Below, in pieces: positions 34,406-43,215 of a stretch of 56,090 nucleotides of DNA (the stretch's first letter is position 1; every line of letters starts with the position of its first letter). A model generated the notes under the pieces. The model did not search any database and was not told where the DNA came from. It saw nothing but the letters and a program-made list of their open reading frames with translations. Location of the stretch: positions 1 to 56,090 of the forward strand of contig JAZKZG010000040.1 of assembly GCA_045612565.1 (NCBI GenBank), read 5' to 3'. A program made the translations under genes and the position numbers. The DNA is from Eubacteriales bacterium. Its GTDB lineage: Bacteria; Bacillota; Clostridia; Oscillospirales; QAKW01.

Positions 34406-35602
34406 TTAGAATTTTTCGTTAAGTCTTGTGATGCCGTCGATAGCAAGGTCAAAGTAGGGAGCGCTGCGGAATTTTGATTCGTTAAATGAGCCGTCTGCAA
34501 TAACCTCTGTATCTTTTTCGTAGTTAGCATCTGTGTCAACGTCTGCTTTGTAGCTGTCGAGTTTTGCACCGCCAACAGTGAATGTGCTTGTGTCAAATAC
34601 TTTACGTGTACCTGCAACGAGTTCAGCTTTTACAGTTTCGAGCTTTTCAACTGTGCCTTCAGCAGCAACAGCTGTGTTAACGTCTGTGAGAAGAACTGAC
34701 TCTGTAGCGATTGTACCTGTCCAGTCAGCAGCGATAGCTTCGCCGTTTTTAACGCAGTTGTAGATGTATTCATAGTAAGGTGCCCAGTTGATTCTTGAAG
34801 AAACGATGTATGTGTTGGGGCACTCTGACTGAGTTGAACCGTTGTATGAAACGTTGGGGATACCTGATTTTTCGCAAGTTGAAGGTGCGCCCATTGAGTC
34901 AGCATGCTGTGAAACGAGTTTAACGCCTTTTGAGATAAGTGTCTCTGCAGCTTCTTTTTCAAGAGTGGGGTCATACCATGAACCTGTGAACTGAACGTCC
35001 ATTGTAACTGTGGGGCAAACTGATTTTGCGCCGAGGTAGAATGATGTGTAGCCTGAGATAACTTCAGCGTATGTGAAAGCACCTACGTAGCCCATTTTTG
35101 CTTCTTCTGCAGTGAATTTACCTGCAGCGATCATCTCGTTGAGTTTGAGACCTGCAGCAACACCTGCGAGATATCTGCCTTCGTAGATTGATGCAAAAGC
35201 ATTGTGGTAGTTGTCAAGACCTTCTGTGTGAGCCTTTGTACCTGTTGCGTGACAGAACTGAACGTCTTTGAACTCTTTTGCGGCCTGGATCATAAAGTCT
35301 TCGTGACCGAAGCTGTTTGCGAAAACGATGTCGCAACCCTGGTCAACAAGGTCAGCAGCAGCGTCATAACATTCTGAGCCTTCGGGTACGTTTGTCTTCA
35401 TAACGATCTGGTCGTCTGTAAGACCGAGTTTTGACTTAAGTTCATCAACACCTTTGATGAAGTTAAGGTCATAGGTTGAGTTCTCGTCGTGGAGGCAGAT
35501 AAAGCCGATTTTTACGGTATCGTCTGCGCCACCGCCTGCGCAACCTGCGCATACGCCAAGAACAAGTACGAGTGTGAGTACGATTGCTAAGATTCTTTTC
35601 AT
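34406..35602 (-). CDS. BMP-family ABC substrate-binding lipoprotein (purine nucleoside)
   Basis: Lipoprotein-like signal (LGVCAGC), IFANSFG-type motif, YEGRYLAGVAAG, MGYVGAF and TGSWYD motifs; codon usage typical of highly expressed genes. Confidence 0.92.
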   Translation of the reverse strand: MKRILAIVLTLVLVLGVCAGCAGGGADDTVKIGFICLHDENSTYDLNFIKGVDELKSKLGLTDDQIVMKTNVPEGSECYDAAADLVDQGCDIVFANSFGHEDFMIQAAKEFKDVQFCHATGTKAHTEGLDNYHNAFASIYEGRYLAGVAAGLKLNEMIAAGKFTAEEAKMGYVGAFTYAEVISGYTSFYLGAKSVCPTVTMDVQFTGSWYDPTLEKEAAETLISKGVKLVSQHADSMGAPSTCEKSGIPNVSYNGSTQSECPNTYIVSSRINWAPYYEYIYNCVKNGEAIAADWTGTIATESVLLTDVNTAVAAEGTVEKLETVKAELVAGTRKVFDTSTFTVGGAKLDSYKADVDTDANYEKDTEVIADGSFNESKFRSAPYFDLAIDGITRLNEKF

Positions 35603-35649
35603 GGGTTTTCTCTCCTTAAAAATTTTATGTAAATTTAATTACACACAAA

Positions 35650-36222
35650 TTAACTGCGGAAAGTAATCTTTCCGTTTTCGATGCTGTCGATTATTGCAAG
35701 GCTGTCAACACGTATTCCTTTGTCACGGATACGTTTTCCGCCCTGTTGAAAACCTTTTTCAACCACAATACTGCAACCAACAAGTGTTGCGCCGGATTGA
35801 TTTACAACATCAATAAGACCCTCAAGTGCCGCACCGTTGGCAAGAAAATCGTCAACAATAAGTACACGGTCATCTTTATTTAAAAATTGTTTTTCAATCT
35901 TCATTGTATAGTTATTACCGTGAGTGTACGAGTGTACATTTGCGCAGTAAACATCATCTGACATATTAGAGGTTGTCCCTTTTTTTGCAAAAACAACAGG
36001 CAGGTTCATAACAGCACCGTATGCAACGGCAACCGCAATACCAGATGTTGCTGCAGTGACGAGCTTTGTGATGTTCTGGTCAGTAAAAGCGCGTTTCACT
36101 TCAAGTCCCGCTTTCATCAGGAGCGAAACGTCAACCTGATGGTTTAAAAAGTCACCGACTTTTACAACACCGCCATCCATGATTTCGCCACAGTCTAAAA
36201 TACGCTGTTCAATAAGATTCAT
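35650..36222 (-). CDS. xpt: Xanthine phosphoribosyltransferase
   Basis: VKVGDFLNHQVD, VFAKK, VHSYTH, VLIVDDFLANG (PRPP loop) and VEKGFQQG motifs; ATG 36222 follows GGGGG. Confidence 0.93.
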   Translation of the reverse strand: MNLIEQRILDCGEIMDGGVVKVGDFLNHQVDVSLLMKAGLEVKRAFTDQNITKLVTAATSGIAVAVAYGAVMNLPVVFAKKGTTSNMSDDVYCANVHSYTHGNNYTMKIEKQFLNKDDRVLIVDDFLANGAALEGLIDVVNQSGATLVGCSIVVEKGFQQGGKRIRDKGIRVDSLAIIDSIENGKITFRS

Positions 36223-36244
36223 CAAATCCCCCAAAATACAACAA

Positions 36245-36300
36245 AAACTGTATTTTTATAAATACAGTTTAATTTTATCACGCTGTATTTTTAAAGTCAA
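36245..36300 (-). promoter_or_regulatory. xpt/nup operon promoter with overlapping palindrome
   Basis: TTGACT-17-TAAAAT (36300->36272) with extended TG; palindrome AAACTGTATTT-N4-AAATACAGTTT (36245-36270) over the predicted start site. Confidence 0.65.
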
Positions 36301-36407
36301 TACTTTATACCTTATTATAAATATAAAATATAACGCTAATAAGAAATAGTGAATAGTTACGGATGGTCTTGCAAATTTTTCTTTTTCATATTACTTTTTA
36401 CCTCTAA

Positions 36408-36473
36408 AATAAAAAGCAGAGCGTTGGGAGACACTTCGTAAAGAAGTGCGCCTCTTTTGCTCTGCTTTTTATT
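36408..36473 (-). terminator. Composite terminator after the M23 gene
   Basis: 15-bp perfect stem AATAAAAAGCAGAGC / GCTCTGCTTTTTATT enclosing an inner hairpin CACTTC-gtaaa-GAAGTG. Confidence 0.75.
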
Positions 36474-38136
36474 ATCCAATATATCTCATCGGGTTAACTG
36501 CTGTACCGTTGATACGTAATTCAAAGTGAAGATGCGGTCCTGTTGAGTTACCTGTTGAACCTATTCTGCCGACCTGCTGACCTTGGTAAACAGTGTCACC
36601 CACAGAAACATTGTATGAACTCATATGTGCGTATGATGTGGTATAGCCGTTTGAGTGTTTGATTTTTACACATTTGCCAAGACCGCCTGACCAGCCCGAG
36701 AAAATTACAGTACCTGAGGCTGATGCATAAACGGGTTTGCCGTAAGCACCGTGCATAGTGAGGTCAACGCCACTGTGTCCACGGTAACCGCGAAATGCAC
36801 AGGAGGTATAACCGCCACTTATAGGGCGAATAAATGTGCCTGTACCTGCAAGAGGTGAGGTGGTAACGGGGAGCGCTTTTGTACCGACATAAATTTCACG
36901 TGTCGTGGGTTCGCGCGTTACTTTTTCCGAAACAATTTTTTTAGAAATCTGTGCGCCGTCAACATAAGTTACTTCGGCGGTAACAGCCTTTTCGCCTTTG
37001 CGTCCCGAAGTTTTTACTTTGGTTTGTGTCTTATAAAGCGAATCATCGTTGATTTTTTTTGTTTCATAAGCAATCTCTTCGGTGTACGAGATTGTTTTTA
37101 CAATCTTGATACCGAGGTAAACGTCAGGTTGTGAGATGTTAACTTTTCTGCCGGGAACAAGACGTCTTTCGTCGAGTTCGGGGTTGAGTGAATAGATTTG
37201 CGCACGTGTAAGACCTGTTGCCTTGCAGATGTCAGAAAGATAATCGTCTTCCTGAATAATGTAGTATCTCGGGTTTGTTGATGCCGAGAACATTGCGCGG
37301 ATTGCGTCCTCTTCAATAAAGTATGAGGGTGCATAAATACCTTTTTTGATTTCAACGTTTGCAACAAATTCTACCGATTCGTTTTCGGCGCCTGTTTTAT
37401 GCGGCTCTTTGAGTTCGTCAAGAATTGTTGTAAGAGTTTGCTCTGTTTCGGTTGCGGCAATGAGTTTGCCGTCAACATAAAGTCCGTAGTGTTCGCCGAT
37501 TTCTTCGCAAACAGCCGAATAAACATCGTCATACATCTCATCTGTCGAAACTTTTGATTTGTCAACTACAGCAAACGAGTATTGGGGTGATGTTTTCATA
37601 ACATAATTTTCGCCGATTGAGTTACCAAGGCGGTCTTCGACGTCTGAAACAAGGTCAGAAAACTCATTTTCGTTTGAAACATAACCTACAGCCCTGCCGT
37701 TAACGGTTACTTTGAGTGCAAGTGTGTAGAAGTTGGTCGAAAGTAAAATCGCAATAACGCCAACTGCCGAAAGTGCAGGTGCCCAGTATGAAAAGTCGCG
37801 GATAAAACTTTTTGGGATGAGCATAATGATTTTTATGCCGCGTTTTAAAATGAATTTTGAATATTTGATTACAAACTCACCGGTAAGATAGGTGAAGTTT
37901 ACGCAGAATAAAAATGCTTTTAAAAGAAATTTTGCAAAAGCAACTGCTGCGTTTTCTACAAAAAGACCTGTGTTGTAAATAAACTTAATAACAACATCGC
38001 CGAGTTTGCTTGTTACGTGGATGATGTCGCGGATCGACATATGTTTGATTGCGTGACCTGTCTTTAGCATAAAGCGCACAATAGCACGGACAGGAGCAAG
38101 TAGCCTTTCTTTAATTGTTTTGCTTTTATTTATCAT
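36472..38136 (-). CDS. Membrane-anchored M23 peptidoglycan endopeptidase with LysM and G5 domains
   Basis: TM helix; LysM (YIIQEDDYLSDI...LNP); G5 (EEIAYET..G..GEK..VGTK); M23 H-SGVD, YAHM and STGPHLHFE motifs. Confidence 0.92.
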   Translation of the reverse strand: MINKSKTIKERLLAPVRAIVRFMLKTGHAIKHMSIRDIIHVTSKLGDVVIKFIYNTGLFVENAAVAFAKFLLKAFLFCVNFTYLTGEFVIKYSKFILKRGIKIIMLIPKSFIRDFSYWAPALSAVGVIAILLSTNFYTLALKVTVNGRAVGYVSNENEFSDLVSDVEDRLGNSIGENYVMKTSPQYSFAVVDKSKVSTDEMYDDVYSAVCEEIGEHYGLYVDGKLIAATETEQTLTTILDELKEPHKTGAENESVEFVANVEIKKGIYAPSYFIEEDAIRAMFSASTNPRYYIIQEDDYLSDICKATGLTRAQIYSLNPELDERRLVPGRKVNISQPDVYLGIKIVKTISYTEEIAYETKKINDDSLYKTQTKVKTSGRKGEKAVTAEVTYVDGAQISKKIVSEKVTREPTTREIYVGTKALPVTTSPLAGTGTFIRPISGGYTSCAFRGYRGHSGVDLTMHGAYGKPVYASASGTVIFSGWSGGLGKCVKIKHSNGYTTSYAHMSSYNVSVGDTVYQGQQVGRIGSTGNSTGPHLHFELRINGTAVNPMRYIG

Positions 38137-38176
38137 TAAAAATCTCCGTCAAAATGTTTTCAGTTTGATTTCAAAA

Positions 38177-38312
38177 ATTACAATTCAGTAACAACTGCAT
38201 ATATCTTACAACATAATTGTAATAAAATCAAGTCTTTTTTGTAATTTTTAAATTTTGACACCCCTATTATTAGTATATTAATCATTCTGGTAAAAATTAC
38301 AAACCGGTAACA
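38177..38312 (-). promoter_or_regulatory. Two WalR-type boxes and a promoter upstream of the M23 gene
   Basis: Minus strand TGTTAC-N5-TGTAAT at 38296-38312 and 38177-38193 match TGTWAH-N5-TGTWAH; TTGATT-17-TAAGAT (38231->38203). Confidence 0.7.
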
Positions 38313-38345
38313 AAAAAGCCATCTGAAAATTCAGATGGCTTTAAA
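38312..38345 (-). terminator. Terminator of the PrsA-like gene
   Basis: AAAGCCATCTGAA-tt-TTCAGATGGCTTTTTT. Confidence 0.85.
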
Positions 38346-38346
38346 A

Positions 38347-39468
38347 TTATTCTTCTTCCTCTTCTTTTAGGGAATCTGCTACACCGGTTAACTGTTCTTT
38401 AAGTTCGTCTTCGGGAGTTTTTTCTTCGGTTACACGCGGGAGGTTTTTAACCGATAATTCTTCTAAAATAGTGTTGTTATAGCTGACACCGATGCGTTCT
38501 TTGAGTTCATCAAGAAGGTCGTTTGCTTCGGTGCTTTTCATATTCTCAATAAGTAACTTTTCGTTTTCGGGACTAAATGTGTCATCGTCGGTAAACGAAT
38601 ATTTCTCTATAATATGATAGCCCATATATGTTTGGATGATGCGTACATCACCCGGCTTCATCTCAAAAGCGGTTTTTACAAAAAGCGGAACGTACGATGT
38701 ATCATCCGAAGAGAAAACGTAACCGTCGGGATTTGTTACCATTCCTGTGTCTTCGTTGAATTCATCAAGAAGGTTTTCGTAGTCTTCGCCGTTCATAATG
38801 CGGTCATAAACGCGTTGTGCTTTCTGACCGATTTCGGCTTTTTTCTCGTTGGAATAATCGTTTGTTTCGTCATCACGTGTAGAGAAAAAGATGTGTTTTA
38901 CTTTTGAATAATATTCGTTATAATATTTTTCTATTTCATCGCGCGGGGTGGGTTCGATGGTGCTGTCAGGTCCGAAATAGTGCATAATAACGGCTTTTTC
39001 TTTTTCTTCGTTATAGTATTGCTCAATAAATTGGTCATAGTTATAACCTTGCTCTTCAAGAGCCTTTTTAAAGTTGTCTTTACCGCCGTACTGTTTAACG
39101 AGCGTTTCGATTGTGCTTTCGATTTCTTTTACAACCTCGGGGTCGAGTTCAAGACCGAGTTCGTCAAAGTGGATTGCATAAAGATTATAGGTTATTATGT
39201 AACTCTGCACTTTTGCATCAAGGTATTCCTGTGTTGTTGACGAATAAGTCTGGTCGATGTACTGATCCCAGATTTCGTCTTTTTCTTCAACACCTGTTTC
39301 TGTAAAAAACTGTGACTTGATGCTTTTTGCGGTGAGTTCATACTGTTTTCTCGAAACTTCGATGTCGCCGATTTTGAGCGCCCATTTTGCTGATGCGCAC
39401 GACCCGAGTGAGCCGAGCATCATAACACCGATGCATAGCACCGCTACTATATATTTAATTCTTTTCAT
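38347..39468 (-). CDS. PrsA/SurA-like parvulin peptidyl-prolyl isomerase lipoprotein
   Basis: Lipobox-like LGSC, SurA-type N-domain, parvulin VKHIFF..., F..TAFEMKPG and GYHII motifs; ATG 39468 follows GGAGGT. Confidence 0.85.
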   Translation of the reverse strand: MKRIKYIVAVLCIGVMMLGSLGSCASAKWALKIGDIEVSRKQYELTAKSIKSQFFTETGVEEKDEIWDQYIDQTYSSTTQEYLDAKVQSYIITYNLYAIHFDELGLELDPEVVKEIESTIETLVKQYGGKDNFKKALEEQGYNYDQFIEQYYNEEKEKAVIMHYFGPDSTIEPTPRDEIEKYYNEYYSKVKHIFFSTRDDETNDYSNEKKAEIGQKAQRVYDRIMNGEDYENLLDEFNEDTGMVTNPDGYVFSSDDTSYVPLFVKTAFEMKPGDVRIIQTYMGYHIIEKYSFTDDDTFSPENEKLLIENMKSTEANDLLDELKERIGVSYNNTILEELSVKNLPRVTEEKTPEDELKEQLTGVADSLKEEEEE

Positions 39469-39592
39469 AAATACCTCCAAATGATTATACACTAGTATTT
39501 TATCATATTTTAAGTTTTTGTCTATATCTAAAATGTAAAAATATTTTAAAAAAATGGTTTTATATGTAAATATAATATGTTATACTTGAATT

Positions 39593-40924
39593 ATGAAAAA
39601 GAATGATAAATTAACAGTAACAATTGAAGGATATTCGAGCGAAGGTCACGGCGTTGCAAAGCCCGACGGCTTTGTTTTGTTTGTACCCGGTGCGCTTGAG
39701 GGCGAAACTGCGCTTGTTCACGTGCTGAAAGTGAACAAGCACTTTGGTTATGCTAAAATTCTTGAGGTGATAAAGCCCTCCTCGCATCGCGTAGCCCCAC
39801 TATGCGAAGTGTGCGACAAGTGCGGCGGCTGTGCGATGTGGCACGCTGATTATAAAGAGGAAAAGCGCTTTAAAAAACTAAAGGTTGCGCAAAACCTCAA
39901 AAAAGCGGGGATTGATGTGCCGATAGGCGAGGTTGTGTCGACTGACAATTTTTTGGGTTATCGTAACAAGGCGCAGTATCCCGTACGCGAACAAAACGGA
40001 CAGATTGCGGTGGGGTTTTACCGTAACGGCAGTCATACCGTAATCGAGGGTGACTGCAAAATTCAGCCCAAAATTTTTGGTGCGGTTGCAACTAAAATAA
40101 AGGCACTTATGAAGGATTTTAATATTACCGCATATAACGAAATCAGCGGTAAGGGCACCTTGCGCCATATCTATCTTAGGTCAAACAATGATCAAAGTGA
40201 AATTATGCTCTGCCTTGTTGTAAACGGCAAATGGAGCGTAAAAAAAGAGTTCTACAACGTTCTTTTGGTAGATTTTCCGCAGATTTCTACAATTTGTATT
40301 AATTATAACGATAAAAAAACAAACGTAATACTGGGCAACAGATACGACGTGGTTTACGGCAGCGGCGCTATTACTGATACACTGTGCGGTAAGCAATTTA
40401 AAATTTCTCCGCAGTCGTTTTATCAGGTAAACCACGACGGCTGTGAGTTGCTATACGGCATCGCAAAAGACTATGTAAAGGGTGCAAAACGTCTGCTCGA
40501 TCTCTATTGCGGCATAGGTACAGTCGGTCTTTGTACGGTGGACAGTTCGTCGCATCTTGTGGGTGTTGAGATTGTGCCTGAGGCAATAAAAAATGCCAAG
40601 AGCAACGCTGAGGCTAACGGATTTTTTGACTGTGAATTTTATGCACTTGATGCGGCGGATGTCAAAACCGTTGCAGGCGGTGAATTCGATGCGATAATCG
40701 TCGACCCGCCGCGTAAAGGCTGTGATAAAAAGACTCTGGATTTTATAATAGAACAAAATCCCGAAAAGCTTGTGTATATTTCGTGCGACAGTGCAACACT
40801 TGCCCGTGACCTTGCGATTTTAAAAGACTATTTTAAAATTGAGTCGGTGACACCTGTAGATATGTTTCCAAAAACGCATCACTGCGAAGCAATCGCTCTT
40901 CTTCATAAAGTAGAATTACTATGA
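39593..40924 (+). CDS. rlmD: 23S rRNA (uracil-C5)-methyltransferase
   Basis: TRAM domain, C..C.KCGGC Fe-S motif, YRNK, SFYQVN, DLYCGIGT, IVDPPRKG, YISC and DMFP.T.H.E motifs. Confidence 0.93.
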   Translation: MKKNDKLTVTIEGYSSEGHGVAKPDGFVLFVPGALEGETALVHVLKVNKHFGYAKILEVIKPSSHRVAPLCEVCDKCGGCAMWHADYKEEKRFKKLKVAQNLKKAGIDVPIGEVVSTDNFLGYRNKAQYPVREQNGQIAVGFYRNGSHTVIEGDCKIQPKIFGAVATKIKALMKDFNITAYNEISGKGTLRHIYLRSNNDQSEIMLCLVVNGKWSVKKEFYNVLLVDFPQISTICINYNDKKTNVILGNRYDVVYGSGAITDTLCGKQFKISPQSFYQVNHDGCELLYGIAKDYVKGAKRLLDLYCGIGTVGLCTVDSSSHLVGVEIVPEAIKNAKSNAEANGFFDCEFYALDAADVKTVAGGEFDAIIVDPPRKGCDKKTLDFIIEQNPEKLVYISCDSATLARDLAILKDYFKIESVTPVDMFPKTHHCEAIALLHKVELL

Positions 40925-41607
40925 ACACAATATATTATGACATAACCGACTCGACAAATAGTCGGGCAAAGGAATATATAAAAACTCACGACTTTGAACG
41001 AATGCTTTTTGTGGCAAACGAGCAGACATCGGGTAGAGGGCGCCTCGGCAAAAGTTTTTTTTCGCCAAAGAACACGGGAATTTATATGTCATTTGCGTTT
41101 AAAAACAGCCTGTCCCTTTGCGACACTATGCATATAACGACTGCGGCGGCGGTGGCTGTGGCAAAAGCAATCGAAAAGCACACACCGTACCGCACCGCAA
41201 TAAAATGGGTAAACGATATATATATTAATGATAAAAAAGTGTGCGGAATTTTATGCGAGTCAACGGGTGGCTACGTTATAATCGGCGTTGGCGTAAACGT
41301 CACCACCTCCGACTTTCCTGATGAAATCAAGGATATTGCAACGTCACTCGGCACCGACTGCAAAGATTTGCTTATAAAAGAAATATGTGAGGGTCTTTGC
41401 GAAATCGCCGACGATATTTCGGACTATGATTATATCGGTTTTTACCGTGAACGCCTGATGTGGAAGGACAAAGAGATTGTTTTTGGCGAAAATAGCGCAA
41501 CTCTTGTCGATATCGATGAAAACGGTGCGCTGATAATTTTACAAAACGGCAATATAAAAACTCTCACCACCGGCGAAATATCAATAAAAAAATCTCCTAC
41601 GTTGTAG
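40921..41607 (+). CDS. birA: Biotin-[acetyl-CoA-carboxylase] ligase (no HTH domain)
   Basis: DSTN, QTSGRGRLG, IKWVNDI, KKVCGIL.E and IGVGVNV motifs. Confidence 0.92.
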   Translation: MNTIYYDITDSTNSRAKEYIKTHDFERMLFVANEQTSGRGRLGKSFFSPKNTGIYMSFAFKNSLSLCDTMHITTAAAVAVAKAIEKHTPYRTAIKWVNDIYINDKKVCGILCESTGGYVIIGVGVNVTTSDFPDEIKDIATSLGTDCKDLLIKEICEGLCEIADDISDYDYIGFYRERLMWKDKEIVFGENSATLVDIDENGALIILQNGNIKTLTTGEISIKKSPTL

Positions 41608-41616
41608 GAGATTTTT
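41588..41616. terminator. Bidirectional intrinsic terminator
   Basis: AAAAATCTCCTAC-gtt-GTAGGAGATTTTT. Confidence 0.9.
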
Positions 41617-41617
41617 G

Positions 41618-42745
41618 TTATTTGTATAAACTTTCTTTGCCCTTGATTTCGAGGGCTTGTTTGCCGAGATATGAAACAACGTCCATATCAAGAAACTGTG
41701 CGAGGTCGCGCATTTCTGCAACGGTGTTGATGTTGACCTCGATACCGTTTTCGAGACGCTCTTCCATTGCAAAAACTTCCTTTTCGCCGTGAGTATAAAT
41801 TCTGTCGCGGCCCTCGGCTTTGGGAGAGTTGCGAAGTTCGTCAAGGTATGCCGACAGATGCTTTTTGATAGCGTCCGCATCGCCGAAAATCTTGGGGTCG
41901 ATTACCATAAAACCGTGGCAGATACCGCCGTGTGTACCGACGTTTGTTTTGTCCGACGTGTCGCCCATAGAAATAATTGATGAGAAAAGTTCTGCAACCA
42001 TACCCCAGCCGTAGCCTTTGTGGCTTCCGCTGTCTTCGGTTGAGCCGCCGAGCGGTAAAATACCGCCGCCTGTCTTACCTATGATACAGCCGAGCACCTT
42101 TGCTGCGTCGGTCGATTCGTTGCCTGTATCGTCAATTGCCCATCCGTCGTGCAGGGGCTTATCGAGTTTGTTATAAACCTCGAGTTTTCCGCGGGTAACA
42201 ACGGTAGTTGACGAGTCAAACATAAACGGGTACGGCTCGGCAGGGAATGAGATTGCGATCGGGTTTGAGCCGAGCATTGCTTTTCTGCCAAAGGTGGGTA
42301 CCATAATTGCGGTAGTGTTGGTGGTTGAGATGCCGATAAGACCCTCGTCACACGCCATCTTTGAATAATAACCTGCGATGCCGTAGTGGGTTGAATTGCG
42401 CACAGTTACCATAGCAATTCCAACTTTTTTTGCCTTTTCAATTGCAAGTTTCATTGCCTTGTGTGCCACGACCTGACCCATGCCATCGTGTGCGTCGATT
42501 ACTGCCGAAACGGGTGTTTCAAAAACAGTCTCGGGCTGTGCCTCAACTTGAATAAGACCTTTTGCAATATCTTTGTGATAGCGCACAAGACGCTGTGTAC
42601 CGTGCGATTCAATGCCGTAAAGGTCGGCAAGTAAAAGCACGTCGGTGATGATTCCTGCGTCCTCTTTAGAAAAACCGAATTTTTCAAAAGCATCGTCGCA
42701 AAATCTTTTTAAATCGTGATATGAATATTTTATGTAGTTTTTCAT
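41618..42745 (-). CDS. Ldh_2-family (type 2 malate/L-lactate/ureidoglycolate) dehydrogenase
   Basis: ADLYGIESHG, VRNSTHYGIAGYY, LGSNPIA, GWAID and PLGG.....SHKGYG motifs. Confidence 0.92.
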   Translation of the reverse strand: MKNYIKYSYHDLKRFCDDAFEKFGFSKEDAGIITDVLLLADLYGIESHGTQRLVRYHKDIAKGLIQVEAQPETVFETPVSAVIDAHDGMGQVVAHKAMKLAIEKAKKVGIAMVTVRNSTHYGIAGYYSKMACDEGLIGISTTNTTAIMVPTFGRKAMLGSNPIAISFPAEPYPFMFDSSTTVVTRGKLEVYNKLDKPLHDGWAIDDTGNESTDAAKVLGCIIGKTGGGILPLGGSTEDSGSHKGYGWGMVAELFSSIISMGDTSDKTNVGTHGGICHGFMVIDPKIFGDADAIKKHLSAYLDELRNSPKAEGRDRIYTHGEKEVFAMEERLENGIEVNINTVAEMRDLAQFLDMDVVSYLGKQALEIKGKESLYK

Positions 42746-43215
42746 TATTTTATATAAGCTTTCTTGATTATTTGAGGCTCATAGGGTTTGTCCATAAAGT
42801 TTGTGGGTACGTTTGCAATTTCGTCAACAGCCTCAATGCCCGAAACAACCTTGCCGAATGCGGCATACTGACCGTCAAGATGCGGACTGTCTTCGTGCAT
42901 AATAAAGAACTGTGATCCTGCACTATCAGGCTCAGATGTACGTGCCATCGAGATAACACCGCGCTCGTGCTTTAAGTTGTTTGCAACGCCGTTTGCAAGG
43001 AATTCGCCCTTGATTGTCCAGTCGGGACCGCCTGTGCCAGTGCCGTTGGGACAACCGCCCTGAATCATAAAGCCGGGAATTACTCTGTGGAAGGTGAGTC
43101 CATCGTAAAACTTAGACTCAACGAGTTTTACAAAGTTTTCACAGGTTATTGGAGCAATATCGGGATATAGCTCAATTTCAATGTTCTTTCCGTTTTCAAG
43201 TTCTAAAACTACCAT
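42745..43215 (-). CDS. Cyclophilin-type peptidyl-prolyl cis-trans isomerase
   Basis: APITCENF, FHRVIPGFMIQGGCP, ISMAR, SAGSQFFI and HLDGQYAAFGKV motifs. Confidence 0.95.
   Translation of the reverse strand: MVVLELENGKNIEIELYPDIAPITCENFVKLVESKFYDGLTFHRVIPGFMIQGGCPNGTGTGGPDWTIKGEFLANGVANNLKHERGVISMARTSEPDSAGSQFFIMHEDSPHLDGQYAAFGKVVSGIEAVDEIANVPTNFMDKPYEPQIIKKAYIK

Noticed and set aside
36248-36267. LexA/SOS box (CTGT...ACAG)
   Set aside because: The spacing is N12 rather than N8, and Bacillota LexA uses GAAC-N4-GTTC.
36235-36407. Guanine riboswitch upstream of xpt
   Set aside because: No aptamer consensus, and the promoter is too close to the start codon.
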